64,000 nucleotides of DNA from Longimicrobiales bacterium (GTDB lineage Bacteria; Gemmatimonadota; Gemmatimonadetes; Longimicrobiales; Gaopeijiaceae), in the NCBI GenBank assembly GCA_965219445.1, contig CBDCNQ010000002.1, positions 640,001 through 704,000 on the forward strand, in the 5' to 3' direction. Position 1 is the stretch's first letter, and each line of letters opens with the position of its first letter. Positions 1-9,560 of this stretch are shown here, one piece after another. Under the pieces are notes generated by a model. That model worked only from the letters and a program-made list of their open reading frames with translations, did not search any database and was not told the origin of the DNA. Position numbers and translations under genes: made by a program.

Positions 1-30
1 TCCGGGGTCTGACGGTGGGGAGTGGGGAGG

Positions 31-1248
31 CTACGCCCGCGCGACGCCACTCGCGATGAGCTCCTCTATCTCCTCACGGGAGTAGCCCAATTCCGCCAAC
101 ACGTCCTTCGTGTGCTCCCCCAAAAGCGGGGCGCCTCGCTCGACGGACGCCGGCGTTTCGGAGAATTTCACCGGAAAGCCGAGCGTCCGGACGGGTCCCA
201 GCTTCGAGTGCTCCACCTCGACGACCATGTCTCGGGCGAGCGTCTGGGGGAACTCGAGCATGTCGCTGATGCTCGCGACCGGACCGGCCGGCACACCCCC
301 CTCTTCGAGGAGCCCGAGCCACTCAGCCGTCGGACGTGTCTTGAAGCGATCACCGAGGACCGAAGCGAGCTGCTTTACGTTTTGCATGCGATCCGCGTTC
401 TCCAGGAAGCGGGGATCCTCGGCGAGCTCGGTAATCCCCATGACTTCGACGAGTCTGTGCCAGGTCGCTTGGTTCGAGCCCCCCACCGTGATCCACCCGT
501 CCGACGTCTCGAAAGCCTGATAGGGTGCGGTCAGTGGATGGGCTGAACCCAAAGGCCCCGGCGAAACGCCCGTAGCCAGGGTCACGGCCGCCTGCCAAAA
601 CGACTGCGTGACGCCCGCCTCGAACAGAGACGTGTCGATCCTCTGGCCTCTGCCCGTTTCGAGTCGCCGAACGCATGCAGCCAAGATGCCCATCGCGGCG
701 AGTATGCCGGCCGTGATGTCGGTAAGAGGCGGGGCGCACTTCACCGGGGGCCTTCCCTCCCCCTCGCCGGTCACGCTCATGATCCCGCTGTAGCCCTGGG
801 TAATGAGGTCGAAGCCCCCGAGGTGGGCCATGGGGCCGGTCCTTCCGAACCCCGAGATCTCGCAGTAGATGAGTCCTGGGTTCGTCTCCTTCAGCAGATC
901 ATAACCGAGGCCGAGGCGATCCATCGTTCCGGTGCGGTGATTCTCGATCAACACGTCGGCTCGATCGACCAGCCGGCGAGCGACCTCGAGCCCGGCCTCC
1001 GACTTGAGGTCCAAGGCTATCCCGCGTTTGTTCCGGTTCAACATCATGAAGGCCACCGACTCACCGTCCAGGTCGGGGGGGCGGAAGCCACGCGTCGCAT
1101 CTCCTCCGGCAACCGGCTCCACCTTGACCACGTCGGCCCCCATGTCGGCGAGCATTCTACCGCACGTCGGACCGGCCATGATGTGCGCGAACTCGACGAC
1201 ACGCAGGCCTGCCAGCGGTCCACTCCGATCCGGTGGGCTCATATTCAT
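31..1248 (-). CDS. CaiB/BaiF family (class III) CoA-transferase
   Basis: GPLAGLRVVE..AGPTCG..LAD.GADVVKVE, NRNKR, DVLIEN, GGFDLITQ motifs; GGAGG RBS upstream. Confidence 0.93.
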   Translation of the reverse strand: MNMSPPDRSGPLAGLRVVEFAHIMAGPTCGRMLADMGADVVKVEPVAGGDATRGFRPPDLDGESVAFMMLNRNKRGIALDLKSEAGLEVARRLVDRADVLIENHRTGTMDRLGLGYDLLKETNPGLIYCEISGFGRTGPMAHLGGFDLITQGYSGIMSVTGEGEGRPPVKCAPPLTDITAGILAAMGILAACVRRLETGRGQRIDTSLFEAGVTQSFWQAAVTLATGVSPGPLGSAHPLTAPYQAFETSDGWITVGGSNQATWHRLVEVMGITELAEDPRFLENADRMQNVKQLASVLGDRFKTRPTAEWLGLLEEGGVPAGPVASISDMLEFPQTLARDMVVEVEHSKLGPVRTLGFPVKFSETPASVERGAPLLGEHTKDVLAELGYSREEIEELIASGVARA

Positions 1249-1408
1249 GTCCTCCCAACCTGCAACATTTCTTCGGTGCTGCGCATGGAGACTTGCCCCC
1301 GGAGAGGTCCGGCATCGATTCCTCCTTCCGCAGCAAACGCGTCGCAGTGATACTTACGTATCGTCCGTATTGTGCGGCGGTCAAACTACTTACCGGCCTT
1401 GGGCAGCA

Positions 1409-2065
1409 CAATCGAGCGGCACCGTGCTCGAGGGGGCCACGGCTTCCGTCGTCGGCATGGGAATCGACGATGTTGTCACCGACGCCGACGGGCGGTTCCA
1501 GCTGGCCCACCTCCCCGCCGGGCGAATCATACTGAGGATCGCGCTTTCCGGATATTCGTCGGCGGTGGAGTCGATCGACGTATCCCCGACGGAGGTGACT
1601 CGCGTTCGAGTCCTTATGCCCCCGGTCGATGCAACGGTGGACGAGCTTCTCGTGATGATGGGCGGAGTGCAGCGGTCGCTCACGGGAGCGGCTGTGGCCG
1701 AGGTCGAGCGCCGCGGCAACTCTGCGAGGAGCGCGCTGGATCTTCTGACGCAAGAAGTACCCGGTGTGGTTGTCGAGCTGAGCGGGGGCACCCTGAGTGG
1801 CGGCGCCAGGATTCGGATCCGCGGCTCGAGTTCCTTCCACAACAACAATCCCGCGATCTACCTCGACGGGGTCCGTATCGATGACGGCCAACCAGGGTCA
1901 GTCGCGATCCATGTCCTTGAGCTGATTCCCTCCGACGACGTAGAGCGCATCCAGATCCTTCGGGGAGCCTCGGCTGGGGCCGCATACGCGGACGCGGTGA
2001 ACGGGGTGATCCTCATTGAGACCCGGCGAGGGTGGGGTGGGGGCTCAGGGAGATCGCAGCCGTAG
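1409..2065 (+). CDS. Carboxypeptidase-regulatory-like domain plus TonB-dependent receptor plug, no beta-barrel; start uncertain, possibly 5'-truncated
   Basis: Part of ORF 1004..2065: TDADGRF, IRIRGSSS, PAIYLDGV, DVERIQILRG..A...Y..A.NGVILIETRRG; stops right after the plug; no clear signal peptide or RBS. Confidence 0.65.
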   Translation, partial: QSSGTVLEGATASVVGMGIDDVVTDADGRFQLAHLPAGRIILRIALSGYSSAVESIDVSPTEVTRVRVLMPPVDATVDELLVMMGGVQRSLTGAAVAEVERRGNSARSALDLLTQEVPGVVVELSGGTLSGGARIRIRGSSSFHNNNPAIYLDGVRIDDGQPGSVAIHVLELIPSDDVERIQILRGASAGAAYADAVNGVILIETRRGWGGGSGRSQP

Positions 2066-2324
2066 CTCCCACAACTCCCGAGTTCTTCGTAGTGGACTCT
2101 CCCCATTGTTCTCGGGGTCCCTGGCAGCACCGATAGCCCTCCGCCCTCCGCCCTCCGCCCTCCGTCAGCTCTCCGCTCGACCCGTCGCGCACCGTCGCCA
2201 GGCAACAAGAAAGTCCTCCTTCTCGTACTATTGCGGAGGATCGGAGTGGTGGCTACCATATCCGGGTTTTCGTGCGGCCTCAATTCCACAGTAGGCGGCT
2301 TCCGTCATCGAGAGGAGGAGAACC

Positions 2325-5300
2325 ATGTTGCATATGCGTTTGTATACGATGCGAACCCTCGGCGTGTCTATATTTGTGGCACTCCTTGGCGCGTCGACAC
2401 TAGCGGCCCAGACGGGGACGCTGGCTGGGAGGGTAACCGACTCCGGAACCGGTCAGGCGGTGGCGTCGGCGCAAGTCGCCATCGAGAGCCTGGGGCTGGG
2501 AACGCTGAGTACGGCGAACGGATCCTTCAGCTTTGCCGTGCCACCTGGCGCACACACCGTGACGGTTCAGCGTCTGGGGTACGCAGAAACGACTGCAGCG
2601 GTCCAGATCGTGGCCGGTCAGACCGTCTCAATGGACTTCGTGATCGCTGAATCAGCGCTTCAGCTCGACGAGATCATTGTCACCGGCACCGCCGGTGGAA
2701 CTCAGAGACGCGCTCTCGGAAATGTCGTCGCCAGGGTGGATGCAGGAGCCATCGCGGCGGCGCCGATCACAAGCATGGAAAATTTGCTCCAGAGCAGAGT
2801 TCCAGGTGTGACACTCCACGTCGGCTCCGGCGCATTGGGCGTAGAAGGGAGTCAGATTCGCATCCGTGGGTCGTCGAGCATAGGTCTGCCCAACGACCCG
2901 CTCATATATATAGACGGCCGGCGCATGAACGCCGAGCGTTCCTTCAGGGCGGGTACGACCGGTACCGGGGCCTTTTCTAGGCTGGACGACATCAACCCCT
3001 CGGACATTGAAAGCATCGAGATCATCAAGGGCCCGGCCGCAGCTACGCTGTATGGCACGGAGGCTTCGAACGGAGTGATCCAGATCATCACAAAGCGTGG
3101 AGTAAGCGGTGCCACGAGGTTCGATGCGACCGTTGAGCTCGGGCGGAACTGGATACCCGGCGTGCACAAAAAGTTCAATACTACGCAGATATGGGGGAAG
3201 AACGCTGCCGGAGACCTCATCACCATGCACCTCTATACGAAGGAAGCGGAACGGTTGGCGGCAGGGGGGGTCGAGGCCCAGCTCTCGGCGGACCCCGGGT
3301 CATCGCTTGGCGCAGCATTTGGAGGGCCACTCTTTCAAGACGGTCTCATACAGCGATACGGCCTGTCAGCTACCGGTGGCACCGACGCGCTTCAATACTT
3401 CGCGTCGTTCAACCGCGTCGACTCGGAGGGGTTCGTCTCTTGGAACACGGATGTGCAGAACTCGGCGAGGTTGAACCTCACGGCGACGGTCAGCGACAAC
3501 CTGACCTTTGATCTCCAGGGCTCGTATCTGGAACGCCTAACCCGACATCCGGGGAATCTCTGGGCAGAATTTAGGCGAGGCCGTGTCAGCACAGCCGGGG
3601 ACATCGGGGGTAACAACCCGAATGTACGGCGGGGCTATGGAGTTGCACCGTTCGAGATATGGCGTGACGGAAACTTTGAAACAAACGACGTAGAACGGAG
3701 CAGCTGGGGCATAACGCTCAACTACAATCCCATCAGTTGGCTCGAGTTCCGGGGGACATTCGGAAACGACGTTTCAGAAGAGCTCTATACAGACTTCCGA
3801 AAGAAATTGGGAAAGCCCTTCGATGCCGCGTCCAGCGTTTATCTCGACGGTAGAATAGACCACGATCTGTTAAAGAACGTAAACCGGACGTTAGACCTCT
3901 CTACATCGGCGACCAGTCAGATTACAGACAACATCGGGGGCGTCACATCGGTTGGGCTTCAGTATTACGACAGGACTCAGTACCAGCTCAGCCTTCAAGG
4001 AGAAGAGTTCGCCACGGGGGCGCTATCCACGGTGGGCGGGACGGCGCTGACAGAAGCTGACGAAACGCGATTCGAGAATGCCACAGTCGGCGGCTTCCTC
4101 CAGCACCAGTTTGATTGGCAACAGAGAATCTTTCTGACGGCGGCAATACGAGCGGACGACAATAGTGCATTCGGTGAGGACTTTGACCTCGTCTACTATC
4201 CGAAGTTCAGTGGAACCTGGGTTGTCTCCGAAGAGCAGTTCTGGAACTTGGATTTTCTCAACCAGCTTCGGCTCAGGGGGGCATGGGGAAAGGCCGGACA
4301 GCAGCCCAACGTATTCGCTGCCACGAGGCTTTTCGAGGCCCGCGCTGGAACGGGGGACGCGGGCTACCTGACACCCATACAGTTCGGAAATCCTGATTTG
4401 GGGCCCGAAGTAGGTCAGGAGTTCGAGGTGGGTGTCGATCTGGCGGCTTACGACGATCGGATTGGAGTCGAGTTCACCTACTATACTAAGAAGACCAAAG
4501 ATGCCATCGTGAACACGCCGGTAGCCCCGTCGCTAGGCTTCCCAGGCTTCAAGTTCGTAAACATCGGTCAGGTCAGTAACTGGGGTACGGAATTGGCTGT
4601 CGACCTACAGGTTCTGACGACGAATTGGCTTCGGGCGGACCTAGGCATGTCCTGGGCCACGACGTTCTCTCGGATCGATGACATGGGCGGAATCTCTGAG
4701 ATCCCCATCCGTCGAACCAAGAGACACGTAGAGGGGTTCCCGCTGGCGGCCCAGTTCGAGCGCAAGGTTGTCTCCGCCGAGTGGTTTGACCCGGCTAACC
4801 CCACCGGAAGGGTGGCGAACCCCATGTGCGATAGCGGAACCGGCTATCTGGGGAGAGAGAGAGGTGGGGCTCCTGTTCCGTGCGACGAGGCGCCGCGCGT
4901 CTGGTGGGGTCGTCAGGCTGAGCCGACTTGGACGCTGCAGGCGTTTCCATCGTTCACCATCCGCAACAACTGGCGTGTGAGCGCCCTCTTCTACGCGCAG
5001 GGCGGCAACATGTATGGCTCCGACGCTCTGTACAATGCTGAGATCGCGTGGCGAAACACCAGAAAGGCCAACGTTCTAGATGAGTTGCTGTACGTGGCTC
5101 AGCGTTCCGTGGCGCCACCTGCGATGGGGTACTACAAGGGCGGATTTCTCAAGTTACGGGAAGTGTCGCTTGGCTATACCTTTCCCGTGGATATGCTCCC
5201 TGGCGGTGTGAGCGGGGCATCTATAACGGCCTCGGGCAGGAATCTGGGTGTCCTTTGGCAGGAAGGGAGGTTCAGTTATCTGAACAGGCAACCGGTTGGC

Positions 5301-5423
5301 GATCCGGAAAGGAACAGCATCGCAGCGACAGGACCCAATGAAGGCCACTTTACCGGCGAGCCTACATCGGGAACGATGCCTCCGGCCTCGCACATTACGA
5401 TAACCGCAAGGGTGTCATTTTGA
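2325..5423 (+). CDS. susC: SusC/RagA family TonB-dependent outer membrane receptor
   Basis: Signal peptide, plug motif DIESIEIIKGPAAATLYGTEASNGVIQIITKRG, FLKLREVSLGY, C-terminal Phe; GAGGAGGAG RBS. Confidence 0.93.
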   Translation: MLHMRLYTMRTLGVSIFVALLGASTLAAQTGTLAGRVTDSGTGQAVASAQVAIESLGLGTLSTANGSFSFAVPPGAHTVTVQRLGYAETTAAVQIVAGQTVSMDFVIAESALQLDEIIVTGTAGGTQRRALGNVVARVDAGAIAAAPITSMENLLQSRVPGVTLHVGSGALGVEGSQIRIRGSSSIGLPNDPLIYIDGRRMNAERSFRAGTTGTGAFSRLDDINPSDIESIEIIKGPAAATLYGTEASNGVIQIITKRGVSGATRFDATVELGRNWIPGVHKKFNTTQIWGKNAAGDLITMHLYTKEAERLAAGGVEAQLSADPGSSLGAAFGGPLFQDGLIQRYGLSATGGTDALQYFASFNRVDSEGFVSWNTDVQNSARLNLTATVSDNLTFDLQGSYLERLTRHPGNLWAEFRRGRVSTAGDIGGNNPNVRRGYGVAPFEIWRDGNFETNDVERSSWGITLNYNPISWLEFRGTFGNDVSEELYTDFRKKLGKPFDAASSVYLDGRIDHDLLKNVNRTLDLSTSATSQITDNIGGVTSVGLQYYDRTQYQLSLQGEEFATGALSTVGGTALTEADETRFENATVGGFLQHQFDWQQRIFLTAAIRADDNSAFGEDFDLVYYPKFSGTWVVSEEQFWNLDFLNQLRLRGAWGKAGQQPNVFAATRLFEARAGTGDAGYLTPIQFGNPDLGPEVGQEFEVGVDLAAYDDRIGVEFTYYTKKTKDAIVNTPVAPSLGFPGFKFVNIGQVSNWGTELAVDLQVLTTNWLRADLGMSWATTFSRIDDMGGISEIPIRRTKRHVEGFPLAAQFERKVVSAEWFDPANPTGRVANPMCDSGTGYLGRERGGAPVPCDEAPRVWWGRQAEPTWTLQAFPSFTIRNNWRVSALFYAQGGNMYGSDALYNAEIAWRNTRKANVLDELLYVAQRSVAPPAMGYYKGGFLKLREVSLGYTFPVDMLPGGVSGASITASGRNLGVLWQEGRFSYLNRQPVGDPERNSIAATGPNEGHFTGEPTSGTMPPASHITITARVSF

Positions 5424-5461
5424 ACGCCCGGGCCAAGAACGCCAGACGTGAGGGGGTACTC

Positions 5462-6853
5462 ATGAGAAAGCTTAAGCATATAAGGAAGCATATAAGAGGC
5501 GGTCGTTTTTTCGCGATCGCGCTTTCGGGGCTCGTTCTTGGGACTCTAGCCGGATGCGAGTCTTTGTTGGACGTCGACCTCCCCGGGAGCGTCCTAGAAG
5601 AGGACCTAAACGACGCGACATTGGCGAATACGCTGGTCCTGGGGGTCCAGAGTGATTTCGAATGCGCGTTTAATGCGTGGATGCAGGTAATGTTGCTCTG
5701 GACTAGCACCATGGATACATCAGCAACGACGACTACAGCCGGAAACATCCAGACCCGGAGAGTAAAGGTTGAGGATTACGGACAAGGGGACTGCGCCGTC
5801 GACGGGAGTCCTCTTCCATTCTCGTTCTGGGGACCTCTCCATACTGCGCGCGTCGATGCCGACCGGGCCATCGCGCTCATCGAGGGCTTTGACGATGCTG
5901 TCCTCGCGTCCAATGAACTTTCCACAAAGGACTTCCTGTTTGGAAAGGCTCACGCATATGCGGGGTACAGCATTCAGCTCCTTGCGGAGTCATTTTGTGA
6001 GCTCTACTTCGATGCCGGTCCAGTTGAAACTCGCGAGGACGGGTTTAATAGGGCGGTGGCCCGTTTCGATTTAGCACTCGCCTCCTTGGCCAACGTGACT
6101 TCCGGCGACGACTTAGCAGAGGCTACATCTCTCACGAATATGGCACTCGTAGGGCGCGCGAGGGCTAATCTGTATCTTGGCAACGATGCGCTCGTGCTGG
6201 CGGACGCCGCGTTGGTTGATGTTGGTTTTGTCCGTATGATTGATCGCTCTAACTTAAACGATTTCCGCCGTAATCGTACCTATGACCAGAGCAACAAGGA
6301 TAGATCACGCTCAGTCTCTAACTTGCAAAGCATGTATCGAGAGGTGGAGCTTCCGATGATGGTCCATGGGAAGCTCGGTGATCATTGGACCCTGTTGGTT
6401 GATGGGGTCCCAGGGATCGGGGATCCAAGAGTGGTGAGTACAGGTCCTACGACCGGGAGTAACGGACACACTCCGTTGTACAAACAAGCGAAATACGAGG
6501 GCCAGGACTCTCCCATAATCTTCACTAGCTGGAAAGAAGCCCAACTCATGATTGCGGAGCTCAACCCGAGCCAATCAGTCGGCATCATCAACGCGCTGAG
6601 GGCTTATCATCCAGGCCTACCCGTTTATGCTGAAATCGACCCGGTTTTAATCGCAGCACAGGTGCTCGAAGAGCGCCGACGGGAGTTGTGGCTGCAGGGA
6701 AATCGGATGGGTGACCTGCTTAGATACGACGGGCAGCCCGGATTCGAGTGGGCGACCGACGTCACCCCGGCTGGTCAGACTATCGTTGAGTCAACGCCCC
6801 ACTGTATGATTACGCAGGTAGCCGAGACCGACGCCAACCCGAACGCAGAATAG
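5462..6853 (+). CDS. susD: SusD/RagB family nutrient-binding lipoprotein
   Basis: Lipobox LAGC, EAQLMIAE, ERRRELWLQGNRMGDLLR; directly after susC; ATG 5462 has an RBS. Confidence 0.88.
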   Translation: MRKLKHIRKHIRGGRFFAIALSGLVLGTLAGCESLLDVDLPGSVLEEDLNDATLANTLVLGVQSDFECAFNAWMQVMLLWTSTMDTSATTTTAGNIQTRRVKVEDYGQGDCAVDGSPLPFSFWGPLHTARVDADRAIALIEGFDDAVLASNELSTKDFLFGKAHAYAGYSIQLLAESFCELYFDAGPVETREDGFNRAVARFDLALASLANVTSGDDLAEATSLTNMALVGRARANLYLGNDALVLADAALVDVGFVRMIDRSNLNDFRRNRTYDQSNKDRSRSVSNLQSMYREVELPMMVHGKLGDHWTLLVDGVPGIGDPRVVSTGPTTGSNGHTPLYKQAKYEGQDSPIIFTSWKEAQLMIAELNPSQSVGIINALRAYHPGLPVYAEIDPVLIAAQVLEERRRELWLQGNRMGDLLRYDGQPGFEWATDVTPAGQTIVESTPHCMITQVAETDANPNAE

Positions 6854-6903
6854 CCGCCTTGCCGCCGAGAGTTAGCCTCCATCCGCAACAGGGAGTTAGG
6901 GCC

Positions 6904-7704
6904 ATGAACCGCTCGAGTAGCATTGTTCCCATCCTAGCGCTCCCACTGATCCTATGGATGTCAGCCTGTACCGCCGGAGAAGACGCGTCGACCGGCGGGA
7001 ACGACATGGCGACACCGGCACAGGCGGTGATCGACCGCTGGGCCGGCTCGCCCTATCTCGGGGAGCTCAGAGACTCCGTCCTCTACGGTGAGATCTGGGA
7101 GCGGCCCCAGCTCTCCAAACGCGACCGCAGCATGATCACGATGGCGGCCCTCCAGGCGCTCTACCGGGACCAATTGAGGGGGCACATCGGCCGGGCTCTC
7201 GACAATGGTGTGACCCAGGAGGAGATTTCCGAGATCATCCTACAGGTGACGTTCTACGGGGGGGGTTGGCCGGCCGGTGTGAGGGCCTCCGGGATGGCAG
7301 GGGAGGTGTTCCAGGAGCGTGGACTCCCGGTGGATCAGACAATGGCGGCGCCCTGGGATCCACCGGGGTTGCCGCCCCAGGAGTACACCAGTGGCGGATA
7401 CGCAGCCATACCGAGGCTCGGGGAGCTTAGGAACAGCCTCCTCTACGGCGATGTCTGGGAGCGGCCGCAACTCTCGAAGCGTGACCGTAGCATGGTCACG
7501 GTGGCGGCCCTCCAGGCGCTCTACCGGGACCAAGCGCGGGGGCACATCGGCCGGGCTCTCAACAACGGTGTGACCCAGGAGGAGATCTCCGAGCTCATCC
7601 TGCACGTGATGTTCTATTCTGACTGGCCAGCGGCAGTCAAGGCAGGTGGCTTCGCGGCGGCGGTGTTCCAGGAGCGGGGCTTGCCGCTCGGCGGAGGGGG
7701 GTGA
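6904..7704 (+). CDS. Lipoprotein with two tandem carboxymuconolactone decarboxylase (CMD/AhpD-like) domains
   Basis: Lipobox MSAC; LYGE/DxWERPQLSKRDRSM.T.AAL and HIGRAL.NGVTQEEISE.IL each occur twice; DNA repeat about 7057-7329 vs 7417-7686. Confidence 0.85.
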   Translation: MNRSSSIVPILALPLILWMSACTAGEDASTGGNDMATPAQAVIDRWAGSPYLGELRDSVLYGEIWERPQLSKRDRSMITMAALQALYRDQLRGHIGRALDNGVTQEEISEIILQVTFYGGGWPAGVRASGMAGEVFQERGLPVDQTMAAPWDPPGLPPQEYTSGGYAAIPRLGELRNSLLYGDVWERPQLSKRDRSMVTVAALQALYRDQARGHIGRALNNGVTQEEISELILHVMFYSDWPAAVKAGGFAAAVFQERGLPLGGGG

Positions 7705-7707
7705 GTG

Positions 7708-9444
7708 ATGACTCGGGACCTCCTCGTATTCTCAGCCCTACTGGTGAACCTCCTGGCGGCAGGCCCCGCGTTCGCACAGACAGAGCGCTCGGGATGGGAG
7801 CCGATCACGAACGAGCGGCTGGCCCATCCGGAAGACGGTGACTGGCTGAACTACCGGCGGACTCACAACGTCCAGGCATTCAGCCCGCTCGACGAGATCA
7901 ACAGGACCAATGTGGAGCAACTCCGGCCGGTCTGGAGTTACTCCTTCAGGGACAACGCCAGATGGTCGCCTACGCCGATGGTCGCTAACGGCATCATGTA
8001 CGTCTCGGAAGGCAGCGGCACGATCACGGCGATGGACGCGGTTAGAGGGGACGTCCTGTGGGTACACCAACGCAGCTTTCCCGACGACATTCGGATCTCC
8101 ATGGCCTATCCACGCAGTCGGGGAGTCGCCGTATTCGAGGACAAGGTCTACTGGGGGACGGCCGACTCGTACCTGGTGGTGCTGGACGCCTTAACCGGTG
8201 AGCAGCTCTGGGAGGTGCAGACGGACGACTATCACCTGGGGGCGGGTCACGCCCATCCGCCGGTGATTGCGGACGGCAAGGTGCTCTTGGGCACCACCGG
8301 GAATGCGCTAGGAATCTCCGGTGCTCGGGGAAAGATCGACGCGTACGATGCGGAAAGTGGCGAAAGGCTGTGGAGGACCTACACCGTGCCGGCACGGGGG
8401 GATCCAGCATACGAAACGTGGAGCGCCGACGAGACGGGGGTGCCACCGCTCGGGGGGTCTGCCTGGCACACGTTCAGCTATGACGCCGAGCTCGGGCTGA
8501 TCTACGCCGGCACGGGTCAGCCGACGCCTAGGAATCGGGTGCTACGGGGTCCCGGTGATGCGCTCTACACCGCCTCCATCCTCGCGCTGGACTTCGACAC
8601 AGGCGAGATTCGTTGGTACTTCCAAGTCCTGCCGGGGGAATCTTGGGACTACGACCAGTCACACGAGAGCATGCTGATCGATTTGGTCATCGACGGTCAG
8701 CCTCGAAAGGCGCTTGTTCACACCAGCAAGATCGGCTGGGGGCAGGTGCTTGACCGGGAAACGGGTGAATTCCTTTTCGCGTTCAGGACGGGCTACGATA
8801 ACGTCGTGACCGGATGGACGGACGAGGGGCGTCCCATCTACAACATCGAAACCCTGCCTAGGCAAGAACACCTGGACTCGGGAGAGACCATCACGGCATG
8901 TCCACACCTCCACGGAACCCGGGACCTCAATTCTCCCAGCTATAGTCCGTTGACGGGCCTGTACTACACAGGCATCAACTACTCCTGCCAAGTCTTGACG
9001 TACTTCGCCCAGGAATTCATCGAGGCTGGGAGATACCAGGGGATGTCGGGCCGTCCGACGTTGGCGCCCGGCTACGACTACGTCGGAGAGTTCGTCGCCT
9101 TCGATCCGGCGACGGGGGAGCGGGCATGGGTGTATCGGCCGGAGAGCGGCGCTCCTATGTCCGCCTCCGCGCTCGCTACGGCCGGAGGGATCGTCTTCGG
9201 TGGGACCTCCGATCGCTGGTTCTTCGCGCTCCACACCGAGACTGGTGAGCTCCTATGGGAGATGCGCCTGAATGGTGATATCTCAGGATCCCCGGTTACC
9301 TTTACCGTTGATGGAAAGCAGTATGTCGCCGTGGGTGCCGGCGGTCGTATCGCACAGACGACGACGTTGGGTCGCCTGGTGGATATCGATATTCCCTCGG
9401 GAAGTGGCGTGATGTGGGTGTTCGCGCTTCCCGAACGCGACTGA
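7708..9444 (+). CDS. Secreted PQQ-dependent dehydrogenase (beta-propeller quinoprotein)
   Basis: Signal peptide, FSPLDEINRTNV, repeated A.DA.TGE.LW docking motifs, WDYD, P.T.TVDGKQYVAV. Confidence 0.88.
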   Translation: MTRDLLVFSALLVNLLAAGPAFAQTERSGWEPITNERLAHPEDGDWLNYRRTHNVQAFSPLDEINRTNVEQLRPVWSYSFRDNARWSPTPMVANGIMYVSEGSGTITAMDAVRGDVLWVHQRSFPDDIRISMAYPRSRGVAVFEDKVYWGTADSYLVVLDALTGEQLWEVQTDDYHLGAGHAHPPVIADGKVLLGTTGNALGISGARGKIDAYDAESGERLWRTYTVPARGDPAYETWSADETGVPPLGGSAWHTFSYDAELGLIYAGTGQPTPRNRVLRGPGDALYTASILALDFDTGEIRWYFQVLPGESWDYDQSHESMLIDLVIDGQPRKALVHTSKIGWGQVLDRETGEFLFAFRTGYDNVVTGWTDEGRPIYNIETLPRQEHLDSGETITACPHLHGTRDLNSPSYSPLTGLYYTGINYSCQVLTYFAQEFIEAGRYQGMSGRPTLAPGYDYVGEFVAFDPATGERAWVYRPESGAPMSASALATAGGIVFGGTSDRWFFALHTETGELLWEMRLNGDISGSPVTFTVDGKQYVAVGAGGRIAQTTTLGRLVDIDIPSGSGVMWVFALPERD

Positions 9445-9560
9445 GGGACAGCACTCGGCGTTGCGAAGCGGGTGACTCCAACACGAGGGCTCCTCCAAAC
9501 GAATCTGGAGGGGCTCGGGCCCCCAGTCGGAAAACCGGCGCGGACTAGCGAAGGATCGCG

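Noticed and set aside
2137..2165. CCCTCCG heptamer run upstream of susC as a phase-variation tract
   Set aside because: Only about four units and no evidence that it lies in a promoter or frame-sensitive position
8644..8658. WDYD as proof of a lanthanide-dependent XoxF/PedH enzyme
   Set aside because: Other canonical ligands (Glu, Asn) and the vicinal disulfide appear substituted, so DxD alone is not diagnostic
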